Shown: in pieces, positions 8,345 through 16,252 of the stretch
Layout: every line of letters starts with the position of its first letter
Position numbering within the stretch: position 1 is the first letter of the stretch
Source: Nitrososphaeria archaeon
GTDB taxonomy: Archaea > Thermoproteota > Nitrososphaeria > JACIWG01
Direction: 5' to 3'
Assembly (NCBI GenBank): GCA_050011875.1
Contig: JBEKIG010000023.1
Location: 1-20,405, forward strand
Length of the DNA: 20,405 bases
Made by a program: the position numbers and the translations under genes
Notes under the pieces: model-generated
The model's database searches: none
The model's input: only the letters and a program-made list of their open reading frames with translations
What the model was told of the DNA's origin: nothing

Positions 8345-9304
8345 TTAATCGATACAGGTTTTGAATACATCATTAAGATTGTATGGCAGAAAAGAACTCA
8401 AATTAATTGAAGGACGCCGGATACTAAATGAGCTGCCATAATAGGAAAGAGATAAAGGAGCCTCTGTCATTTCACACTTTAATCCGTTAACCAGCATTAT
8501 CGTCGTAGTCGAACTAGGTAGGTAATCCACGGTAAAGCCCGAATTATTAGACGTCAGAGACGAAACAGCCACCAGCGTCATGTTCATACGGTTACTCATA
8601 ACTATCATATAGTAAGGAAAGTTACCAATTGTCCCCCGACCTATTTCCAATAGTAGCATACGAATTAGTAAAAGTCAATCTTCCGAAATCCGCTAAAGTT
8701 GATATCCTATTATTCAAAGTAGGTCTTTCCACTACCCATTCGGCGGAGAGCATAGAAGAATTATAGAAAAAGTTCTTTTCAAACACTTCCCCTGCGATAA
8801 TATCCTTTAATTGAATTAACCAGTCGTTTGTATTAGGATCAAGCAGTCTTATTGAGGCTAAAATTTCGTCTCCATCTGATATATTCATTGTAGTAATTGT
8901 TCTTGAATAATTTGGTAATACTTCAAACCAAGACGAGTAAACTTCACTTTCACCTACCGAATCTTGTTCAGTGCCCACCTGAATAAGCGTTTCATCTAAA
9001 AGTCCACCTATTCCTATCCAAACAGAACTAAAAGTATTTCCTTGCGAAATATTAACTTTTGGAACCGTCTAAGATCCATTTACCCCGAACACTATAGGTT
9101 GAGGGTTCTTTGAATCAGGGACAACAGCATAGCCACCCCAGTCTAAGCTGGGCAGCTTTCTCTATTTGGTATGTTTACAGATGAATTTAGGAAAAGCAAG
9201 CTTGAAGATATGATAATAATAATAATTATCAAAACTATTGATAACCCAACCTTAATACTTCTGTAACTTCTTTGACCCTCCTGAGAAACACCTTGTCCTA
9301 TCAT
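8345..9304 (-). pseudogene. Pseudogene of a membrane-anchored/secreted G1 glutamic endopeptidase (eqolisin-like)
   Basis: Reconstruction: N-terminal hydrophobic anchor, frameshift at ~9145-9160, SLDWGGYAV…VNGS[TAG 9069-9071 in place of Trp]TVPKV…SVWIGIGG…LIQVGTEQD…SAEWVVERP…LADFG, then a one-base frameshift in the G5 run (8633-8637), then GTIGNFPY…GFTVDY. Joins three ORF-track fragments. Start at 9304 is approximate. Confidence 0.85.
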
Positions 9305-9385
9305 ACAAGTCTCAAACATTATTTTCACTTTAATTTTATATATATTAGATTCCCTCCACATCAATTCACCTTTCTTTTATTTTTC

Positions 9386-9604
9386 GTGATAAATGGTGGT
9401 GTAACACTTACAATTCTGGCAACCATCACGCACGCTACTCTTTATTACAAAGGTGCATCGGCTTGGACTCTTGTTGGAGGAGTAATTTTGGTTATCGTGG
9501 GCTTTGCCGATGTGTACGGCATTCAAGAATGGTGGTGGCTGATTCTCGTTCTCATAGAGTACTTGGGCCCAGAGTTTAAATCCCTACAATCAGTTGAGGA
9601 ATAG
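9386..9604 (+). CDS. Possible small hydrophobic membrane protein or gene remnant
   Basis: GTG 9386 is in frame with the 9272..9604 ORF, with 2-3 hydrophobic stretches and an upstream TATATATA at ~9337-9345. No family recognised. Confidence 0.3.
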   Translation: MINGGVTLTILATITHATLYYKGASAWTLVGGVILVIVGFADVYGIQEWWWLILVLIEYLGPEFKSLQSVEE

Positions 9605-9777
9605 GGAAATATCGACGTGTTCCACTTTATACCCCCCTTGGCATTCGAAGAAATACGTAAACAAGGTCAAGTCTATTTAGGCTGTTACAAGATATGCCTT
9701 TTATCCGGAACGATTGTAAATATATCGGTCCAAACGATAGACCTATATACATCATCATTAAATGGCTATAGATTGCA

Positions 9778-10056
9778 ATGGATCCAATAGAGATTGCTGT
9801 AATTGTAGGTGCTTTAGCTGTATTCCTCCTCTGGGGGCCTAATAAGATACCTCAACTCGCCCGCTCACTTGGCATGGCTCAGAGAGAGTTTAAGAAAGCC
9901 CAGTCTGGTATTGATGAAATTGCCAAGGAGGTTACTTCAACGAGTAGCTTTAGTGATGACAAGCTTTTAGAAGTTGCTCGCAGTCTAGGGATAAGTACCG
10001 AAGGAAAAACGAAGGATCAAATAGCGAGCGAAATCATCGCCAAAAAGCTGGCATAG
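9778..10056 (+). CDS. tatA: Twin-arginine translocase TatA/TatE subunit
   Basis: EIAVIVGALAVFLLWGPNKIPQLARSLG..REFKKA (TM, hinge G-P, amphipathic helix). Lies upstream of tatC. Confidence 0.93.
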   Translation: MDPIEIAVIVGALAVFLLWGPNKIPQLARSLGMAQREFKKAQSGIDEIAKEVTSTSSFSDDKLLEVARSLGISTEGKTKDQIASEIIAKKLA

Positions 10057-10097
10057 CTCTCAGACTTGTAGGACGAAGACTTATCGGCTAGGATAGT

Positions 10098-11021
10098 GTG
10101 AGGACCGTATTGAAAAATTCGAGGGAAAAGAAGCTAACTATTTGGGAACATATTGAAGAGTTAAAGCAAAGACTTAAGGTGATAGCTATTTCCCTTGCTG
10201 TGACCACAGCTTTTTTTCTGCTGTTTCCATCGAATCCTTTAGAACTATTAAGAAATCCTCGTTCTTTGCTGAGTGGATTATATAGGCCAATGGTATCTGA
10301 CGTACTAGTTTGGATGAAGAACTACATTGCGCCACATGGTCTTCAAATAATAAGCTTGGAGATTGGAGCCCCTCTTGAGATATGGGCGTTTGCATCATTC
10401 CTGCTCGGCCTGCTTGTGAGCTCCCCTATAATAGCTTATGAAATTTACAAGTTCATAGATCCTGCACTGTACCCTAATGAGCGTGGGGTTGTGTACCCCT
10501 TTGTGATAGGGTTCACACTGCTCTTTACATTTGGCGCCGCCTTTGGGTTGTTTATACTTGCACCATTCGTTTCTTACACAGTTATCTTATTCTCATCATT
10601 CGTTGGTTCCATCCCTACTATCTCTGTATTCGATTTCTATACTATGGTCTTCGCAATAGTGGGCTTCAGCGGATTCGGCTTTACATTTTCACTAATCTTC
10701 GTACTGTTGGTTAGATTCGGGATAGTCGGAACATCATTGGTGACCCATAACAGGCGGTATTTCTATCTAGCTATGTTTATAGTCACCTCAATTATTACGC
10801 CTGACGGTGGGCCTTTGGCTGATTTTGCTCTCTTCATCCCGGTAATGTTTCTTTGGGAGATTTCAATACTTTTCGCAAAGAGGTACGAGAAACAGCGAGA
10901 AGCAAAGCAGGCGGCTGCTGAGACTCCAGCAACTGCGACGACCATCAAGTGTAAATTCTGTGGACACGGCGTCGAACCCTCCGAGATGTTCTGCCCTAAC
11001 TGTGGCAAGTCGCAGCTATAG
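10098..11021 (+). CDS. tatC: Twin-arginine translocase TatC with a C-terminal zinc ribbon
   Basis: WEHIEELKQRL, YEIYKFIDPALYPNER and IITPD; six-TM pattern; C-terminal CKFCG-x8-FCPNCG. Confidence 0.93.
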   Translation: MRTVLKNSREKKLTIWEHIEELKQRLKVIAISLAVTTAFFLLFPSNPLELLRNPRSLLSGLYRPMVSDVLVWMKNYIAPHGLQIISLEIGAPLEIWAFASFLLGLLVSSPIIAYEIYKFIDPALYPNERGVVYPFVIGFTLLFTFGAAFGLFILAPFVSYTVILFSSFVGSIPTISVFDFYTMVFAIVGFSGFGFTFSLIFVLLVRFGIVGTSLVTHNRRYFYLAMFIVTSIITPDGGPLADFALFIPVMFLWEISILFAKRYEKQREAKQAAAETPATATTIKCKFCGHGVEPSEMFCPNCGKSQL

Positions 11022-11414
11022 TGGTAGCTGACATGTGCCCTATTCCCAGCCCAGAGAAAGCACTTTACCCGCTAGAATGGCCTCCATTTTTGAGCATTCC
11101 TTGAAATCTGCACTTCTATTATATTTCGAACTAAAAAGTACCTTTCTACATAATCTTTCCTATTTATATCCCAGATTTTCCGTCTTAATCGAATTTTGAA
11201 CTGCACTGTCGATCACCGTTAATCCGAATTTCTATGAGTGATAGAAGATTTAGTTCTGGTTCTTCAATCGTTCCGACTCTCTTCTTTCGAGGGATGAATT
11301 TTTGTGCATACTCTGACATTCCCATTTAACTTTAATTCAGCTATCTGTATAAGTACAAATGTTATGACAATGCTCTATTCAATAACACCCTAGGTTCGGA
11401 AAATCAAAATTTAG

Positions 11415-11488
11415 CGGGCCAGGTCGGAGTTGAACCGACGACCTAATCCGTGTGAAGGATTCGTCCTACCAGTCTAGACCACTGGCCC
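11415..11488 (-). tRNA. tRNA-Val (anticodon CAC), intronless, CCA not encoded
   Basis: GGGCCAG UG GUCUAGACUGGUAGGAC G AAUCC UU-CAC-AC GGAUU AGGUC GUCGG UUCAACU CCGAC CUGGCCC G. Complete cloverleaf; anticodon at 11452-11454. Confidence 0.95.
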
Positions 11489-11500
11489 CAACTTCTTATT

Positions 11501-11668
11501 CTACTTCTTTGGTCCAACATGTCTGTTCTTTAGTCTAAGGTCTCTTGAACCACACTTTCTGCATCTTTCAGCGCGTATATTGTTCTTAGACCCGCATTTA
11601 AGACATATTCTGAAGAAAAGACGCCTCTTCTGAGCTATCTGTTTCTTGGTAGCATCTGTAATTGGCAT
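11501..11668 (-). CDS. rpl40e: 50S ribosomal protein eL40 (55 aa, missed by the ORF track)
   Basis: MPITDATKKQIAQKRRLFFRICLKCGSKNNIRAERCRKCGSRDLRLKNRHVGPKK, with the C-x2-C-x10-CRKC zinc finger. Confidence 0.95.
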   Translation of the reverse strand: MPITDATKKQIAQKRRLFFRICLKCGSKNNIRAERCRKCGSRDLRLKNRHVGPKK

Positions 11669-11693
11669 ACAGCACCGTCCACTAGATGATTAA

Positions 11694-11706
11694 CTTAATA
11701 CTTTTT
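11694..11706 (-). promoter_or_regulatory. BRE/TATA promoter of rpl40e(-tRNA-Val)
   Basis: Minus-strand AAAAAG-TATTAAG, with the TATA 26-32 bp upstream of the ATG at 11668. Confidence 0.5.
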
Positions 11707-11943
11707 ATCTTTTATTATCGGACCCTTATCATATTCTATGAGCTAAAAATACATATGATCACAGACATCATGTCTAAAGCGCTTAAATAATAAGCGATGG
11801 GTTCTCGTTTTGTGCTGCTATATATATTTAATAAAAGACCTTAAAATTCTTTTTCTTGCACATTTTAGTGAAGATAATTTTAAAAGCATAATGTATATAA
11901 GTAAATGATTTACTTTCCTTGCGTTGAACTACAGCGATTCAAA

Positions 11944-12219
11944 ATGTCAGAAACTGGTACAGTATTAATAGGCAAAAAGCCAGTAATGAACTATGTTTTA
12001 GCCTGCTTAACATTACTCCAAAACGGTTCTTCATCGATAACATTAAAGGCAAGAGGCCGTGCTATCTCCAAAGCGGTCGATACAGCTCAGATTCTTATGA
12101 ATAGATTTGCAACAGAAGTTAAAGTAAAAACCATAGCCATTGATACCGAGCAGGTCAAGAACATCGAAACTGGTACAATGAGCAACGTAAGCTCAATACT
12201 TATCGAAGTTGGTAAGTAA
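11944..12219 (+). CDS. albA: DNA/RNA-binding chromatin protein Alba
   Basis: VLIGKKPVMNYVLA, KARGRAISKAVDTA and NVSSILIEV. Start reassigned to ATG 11944 (91 aa). Confidence 0.95.
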   Translation: MSETGTVLIGKKPVMNYVLACLTLLQNGSSSITLKARGRAISKAVDTAQILMNRFATEVKVKTIAIDTEQVKNIETGTMSNVSSILIEVGK

Positions 12220-12220
12220 A

Positions 12221-12249
12221 TTGGGTGGCCAACCCAACTTTTTCTTTTT
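12221..12249 (+). terminator. Hairpin plus U-tract terminator after alba
   Basis: TTGGGT-GGCCA-ACCCAA stem-loop immediately after the stop, followed by CTTTTTCTTTTT. Confidence 0.65.
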
Positions 12250-12281
12250 GAATCAAAAATTTTATTACCATAACAAAAGTA

Positions 12282-12818
12282 GTGTTGATGGCTATATGTT
12301 TGAAAGCGCCGATCTGTAATTTTTGCGCGAAAACAGGAGTTTTATGTCCGGAGGACAGTAGGAGGTTAAAGAATGGGCAGATTACTGAATTAGATGTGGA
12401 ATCATCGGTTAAACTTACAAAGTTAGCTGAAAAAGATAAGGTTATAGATAAATTAACCTTTGTTAAAGCACTCGAATCCGATGGTGATACTATATTTCTA
12501 TTTGGCAGCGGCAATCTAAAACTGCTGAGGGCAAACCCGCAGACCATAAACAATATCAACAAACTTTTTAACAAAAGGGTCTGGCTTTTTGAAGCGGACG
12601 CAACTGACAGGACGCTGATGGAAGAAGCATTTTATCCTTTCCGCATTCTTACGGTTAATGTTGTTTGGTTACCCGACGGCAGCAAGCTCACCAAGGTCCT
12701 AATACCGGAAAGTAGAGGAACAGAAGAGAAAGTCGACGAAAAGGCGATCAAAAGGATATTAAAAACGCTGAAAGGTTTGGACGTAATGATCGAATATGAG
12801 CGCAGAACTTCACAATAG
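12282..12818 (+). CDS. Archaeal NusA-like KH protein with an N-terminal zinc finger (NusA2 type)
   Basis: KAPICNFCAKTGVLCPED…GQITELDV…YPFRILTVNVVWLPDGS. The true start may be ATG 12288 or TTG 12300. Overlaps the aspS start. Confidence 0.8.
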   Translation: MLMAICLKAPICNFCAKTGVLCPEDSRRLKNGQITELDVESSVKLTKLAEKDKVIDKLTFVKALESDGDTIFLFGSGNLKLLRANPQTINNINKLFNKRVWLFEADATDRTLMEEAFYPFRILTVNVVWLPDGSKLTKVLIPESRGTEEKVDEKAIKRILKTLKGLDVMIEYERRTSQ

Positions 12819-14094
12819 GTACTTTGCCAAAGAAATCTTAAGCATAGAGGGGGATAAATCTTGTCTTCTGAGAGGATGGGTAGAAGACATACGTCCCCTT
12901 GGGAAGATAGCCTTCTTCACTATACGAGACATGACAGGGCTTGCTCAGGTCGTGATAAACAAGAATGTTGTAGGGGAGGAAACATTTAATCTGGCAATGG
13001 GTGTAAGTAGGCAGAGTATTATAGAAGTTGATGGCAAAGTAAAAAAGAGTAGGTCAGAAAACATACCTAAGGAAGTCTTAGCTGAGAAATTCAGAGTCCT
13101 TTCTAGATCAAATCCGCCTTTCCCAATCGACCCAACGGGAAGAATCTTCTCAAGCTTAGATAAGAGGCTTAATGCAAGAGCTTTAGATCTAAGAAACCCG
13201 AGAACCGCGGCGATATTTAAGATAAGAGGTACACTTCTAAAATCTATAAGAAAAACATTCTACGATCTTAAATTTATTGAGGTCAACACTCCGAAGCTTA
13301 TTGGACAAGCAGCCGAAGGTGGGGCAGACCTTTTCACTTTACCCTACTTTGGTAGAAAAGCTTACCTCGCGCAAAGTCCTCAACTGTATAAGGAACAGTT
13401 GACCATGTCCCTCGAGAGGGTCTTCGAAATGGCACAGTATTTTAGAGCAGAAAAATCCCACACCTTAAGGCATGTCTGCGAATTCACGAGCCTAGACATG
13501 GAGTCCGCGTACATCGACGAGTTTGATGCTATGTTTATCGCAGAAGAAGTCGTGTGCAACTCGATAGAAGATGTACATAAAGAAGATGCTGATAGGCTAA
13601 AGATTTTGGGAACAAAGTTACCTGACATCTCTAGACCGTTTAAAAGGCTGACATATTCTGAGGCAATAGATACGCTTAGGGAGAAGAGTAGACTAGAATT
13701 TGGAGACGATCTTGAAACCAGGGACCTAAGAAAGCTTGGTAGAATCTATAAAGGATTCTATTTCATTTATGACTGGCCTGTTTCGATAAAGCCTTTCTAT
13801 ATAGAGAAGAGAGATAACAGAATTTCTAAATCATTCGATTTGATGCACGGTTACCTAGAATTAGCGTCAGGAGGAAAGCGGGTTAGCGATAAAGATGAGC
13901 TGCAGAGGAGACTTCAAGACCAGGGGTTAGATCTTAAGGAGTTCGAGTCACATATCAACTCATTTGATTTTGGAATGCCCCCTCACTCTGGATGGGGCCT
14001 TGGAGTTGATAGACTTCTTATGGTTATTACTGGGCAAAAGAACATCAGAGAAACAATACTCTATCCGCGTGACACTGATAGGCTAACACCTTAG
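12796..14094 (+). CDS. aspS: Aspartate--tRNA ligase (archaeal type; discriminating status not determinable)
   Basis: OB-fold RGWVEDIRPLGKIAF, RALDLR, EGGADLF, YLAQSPQLYKE, FRAEKSHT.RH, ELASGG and GMPPHSGWGLGVDRL. Confidence 0.95.
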   Translation: MSAELHNRYFAKEILSIEGDKSCLLRGWVEDIRPLGKIAFFTIRDMTGLAQVVINKNVVGEETFNLAMGVSRQSIIEVDGKVKKSRSENIPKEVLAEKFRVLSRSNPPFPIDPTGRIFSSLDKRLNARALDLRNPRTAAIFKIRGTLLKSIRKTFYDLKFIEVNTPKLIGQAAEGGADLFTLPYFGRKAYLAQSPQLYKEQLTMSLERVFEMAQYFRAEKSHTLRHVCEFTSLDMESAYIDEFDAMFIAEEVVCNSIEDVHKEDADRLKILGTKLPDISRPFKRLTYSEAIDTLREKSRLEFGDDLETRDLRKLGRIYKGFYFIYDWPVSIKPFYIEKRDNRISKSFDLMHGYLELASGGKRVSDKDELQRRLQDQGLDLKEFESHINSFDFGMPPHSGWGLGVDRLLMVITGQKNIRETILYPRDTDRLTP

Positions 14095-14122
14095 GAAGTT
14101 ATTAAGTAAATTGAAGCTCCTT

Positions 14123-15313
14123 TTAAAGGGCTTTAAAGTTTTCGGTCCAAGTAATGTATGCGCGGAGCATATCAGGTGAGACGCTGGGCCTCCGGAACCT
14201 CAGGACTTCCTTGAAATCTATCATCCTGATTTCCCTCGTCTGAGAGCTTTTATCGACAGCTGCCCCCGAATCGAAAAGTTCTGATACAACCCTGAGTTGC
14301 ACTGACTGGCACACGTCCCTGATATCGCTGCCGGAGTAGCCTTCAGTCAGCTTTGCAAGCTGGTTCAGGTCAACAGACTGGTCAAGCTTCAAGGGATGAG
14401 TATACAGTTTGAACATTTCAAGCCTAGCTTTAAGGTCTGGCAGCGGAACGTAGATTCTTTTCTGAAAACGTCTAAGGAAAGGAGAGTCAAGCGACCAAGG
14501 TTTATTCGTCGCCCCTATAACGTAAAGTTTTAAAGATGTACCCTTATCCATGATTCCGTCCATTTCCTTGAGGAACTGGTTTCTAACTCTTATTTCACCG
14601 CCCACTTCTTGGCTCCTTGCACCGAGAAGGGAATCAAGCTCGTCTATAAATATCATTACTGGACCGTTGTCTTCAAGAAGTTTCCTAGAGTAGTTAAAGA
14701 GCTTTGAGACGTTCCTTTCCGCTTCACCGAGCCATTTTGACATTATCGATGCGGCATCGACTGTAATGAAGTACCCATCTATCTCACTTGCTGCAGCAGC
14801 GGCGAGCATCGTCTTACCGCAGCCTGGAGGCCCGTAAAAGAGCATGCCACGGGGCCATCCAAGAGGAAACAGGTCAGGTCTCTTTACCGGGAAGATTATC
14901 GACTCCTTTATAGCCCTTTTAGCATCCTCTAACCCTATCACTTCTTCCCATTTTACGTCAGGTTTCTCCTTCATTACAAGCTCGTCAAAAGTAGCCTTCA
15001 GGGTCTCAACAGATCTTGTAGACTGCACAGGTGAACCTGCAGGCGCTTCTCCGGTCGCGGATTCTTCGGCTGAAGTAACACCCCTAGTAGTCTGCAAAGC
15101 CTTGACACGCTCCTGGTACGCCGCAGCACGTTCAAGGTACATTCTATTCAACTTATAGTCGGGATACAGCTGCGCGAGCTTAATCAGAGTAGCGATAGCC
15201 TTTTGATAATAGCTTATGGCAGCGCCATACGAGCCCTGAGAATCCATTCTTATGGCTTGCGAGGCATAATTGTATGCAGAAGACTCCAGCTCCTTTGCTG
15301 CTACGTTACTCAA
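14123..15313 (-). CDS. cdvC: Vps4/CdvC AAA+ ATPase with an N-terminal MIT domain
   Basis: MIT helices (AYNYASQAIRMD…YYQKAI…Y..RV..L), Walker A GPPGCGKT, pore loop SKWLGE, Walker B IFIDE, ATNKPW and RRFQKR. Start reassigned to TTG 15313 (SD GGGGGT; 2 bp after the cdvB stop); the ORF track starts at 15349. Confidence 0.93.
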   Translation of the reverse strand: MSNVAAKELESSAYNYASQAIRMDSQGSYGAAISYYQKAIATLIKLAQLYPDYKLNRMYLERAAAYQERVKALQTTRGVTSAEESATGEAPAGSPVQSTRSVETLKATFDELVMKEKPDVKWEEVIGLEDAKRAIKESIIFPVKRPDLFPLGWPRGMLFYGPPGCGKTMLAAAAASEIDGYFITVDAASIMSKWLGEAERNVSKLFNYSRKLLEDNGPVMIFIDELDSLLGARSQEVGGEIRVRNQFLKEMDGIMDKGTSLKLYVIGATNKPWSLDSPFLRRFQKRIYVPLPDLKARLEMFKLYTHPLKLDQSVDLNQLAKLTEGYSGSDIRDVCQSVQLRVVSELFDSGAAVDKSSQTREIRMIDFKEVLRFRRPSVSPDMLRAYITWTENFKAL

Positions 15314-15315
15314 GA

Positions 15316-16161
15316 CTATTCGACCCCCTGAGCATGGGTCTTTCCACACGACGCAAGACGGAATATGGACTGCTCTATCTTATCCACTGGAACACCTAGA
15401 CTTGTAGCAATCTCTATAACATTATAAGTGTTTTTCACGTTGATGTAGTCAAGAACCTTATCATCAAGGTTAGCCTGCTCCGGTGTCGGCATTGGAGCCT
15501 TTAAAAGAGTAGCCTTAAAAGGCTCTTCTTCATCCTCTCCAGACGCTAATAGGGTTATATTCTGGATTTTGTCCAGAGAATACTCGCCTGCGCTTGCCTG
15601 TATTGTCTCAGGAGCAGGTTCATAGAGCGCGCTTATCTTTTCTTCCACATATTTCTTGGCGGATTCCAATATTTCCTCCCCTTGACTCACATCCAAGACA
15701 ATAGAGCTTTCAGGACTTAGTTGACCAAGGCTAGACAGGGTGTCAGTAAGTACGTTGTTAACATCCTGCATAGTGTTTTCGAGCTGTGGCATAATTGTCT
15801 TTATTTCCTCTCCGATCTTTTTCACAACATCGAAAGCAGATGAGACCTGGGCCACGACATCTCCTGTGTCACAGATGCTTTCCAACCTGATTACGATCTG
15901 GGTGAGAGCGAGTTCGCTCATTGTAACCACCTTTATAACGCGCTTCAGTTCGTTGTGTTCTGTGGCATAAACGTTGGCACGGAGCTTATCCTTTGCTTCC
16001 AGCGCGTTAACCGTTAAACCAAAAAGCTTTTCACGTCTGATTTCAAGACGTTTTTTTATTCCTTCAAGATCTTTGCTATAAATTTCAATGGACCTCATAG
16101 ATTCTATAATACGTCCACGAACGGACTTATTCTCTTTTGTCCTCCAAATCCTCCAGTTCAA
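15316..16161 (-). CDS. cdvB: ESCRT-III (Snf7-like) protein with a C-terminal winged-helix, CdvB-like
   Basis: RANVYATEHNELKRV…SELALTQIVIRLESI..TGDV ESCRT-III core; C-terminal LDDKVLDYIN…VIEIATSLGVPVDKIEQSIFRLASCGK winged-helix. Start reassigned to TTG 16161 with a GGTGA SD 7 nt upstream. Confidence 0.85.
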   Translation of the reverse strand: MNWRIWRTKENKSVRGRIIESMRSIEIYSKDLEGIKKRLEIRREKLFGLTVNALEAKDKLRANVYATEHNELKRVIKVVTMSELALTQIVIRLESICDTGDVVAQVSSAFDVVKKIGEEIKTIMPQLENTMQDVNNVLTDTLSSLGQLSPESSIVLDVSQGEEILESAKKYVEEKISALYEPAPETIQASAGEYSLDKIQNITLLASGEDEEEPFKATLLKAPMPTPEQANLDDKVLDYINVKNTYNVIEIATSLGVPVDKIEQSIFRLASCGKTHAQGVE

Positions 16162-16173
16162 CTTCTTTTCACC

Positions 16174-16240
16174 AAAAAAATAAGACGGGGGGGGAAGACG
16201 GCTGCCCAAACCCTGCGATCGGGCTTATGCAACTGCCTTC
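16174..16240 (-). terminator. Long intercistronic RNA hairpin followed by C8 and U7 tracts (partial terminator or stability element)
   Basis: GAAGGC-A-GUUGC-AU-AAGCCC-[GAUCGCA]-GGGUUU-GG-GCAGC-C-GUCUUC (16240-16194), with three G·U pairs that form only on the mRNA strand. U7 at 16174-16180. Confidence 0.7.
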
Positions 16241-16252
16241 GACCTAAGGAAT

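Noticed and set aside
9069-9071. In-frame TAG in the G1 peptidase as possible pyrrolysine or read-through recoding
   Set aside because: It replaces a conserved Trp by a single TGG>TAG change, the gene also has two frameshifts, and TAG is used as a normal stop elsewhere in the window.
11022-11414. Region downstream of tRNA-Val as an integration site or coding region (46-aa minus ORF from 11325, MGMSEYAQKFIPRKK…)
   Set aside because: I found no duplicate of the tRNA 3' end and no integrase, and the short ORFs show no recognisable motifs.
11881-11908. GCATAATGTATAT (11886-11898) matches the centre of the E. coli dif site
   Set aside because: The right arm lacks the TTAT..TAAAT inverted half-site, and the sequence lies in the AT-rich alba promoter region. 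Most likely coincidence.
16194-16240. The intercistronic hairpin as an archaeal SECIS element
   Set aside because: It has no GAA/A internal-loop motif and the flanking genes have no in-frame UGA.
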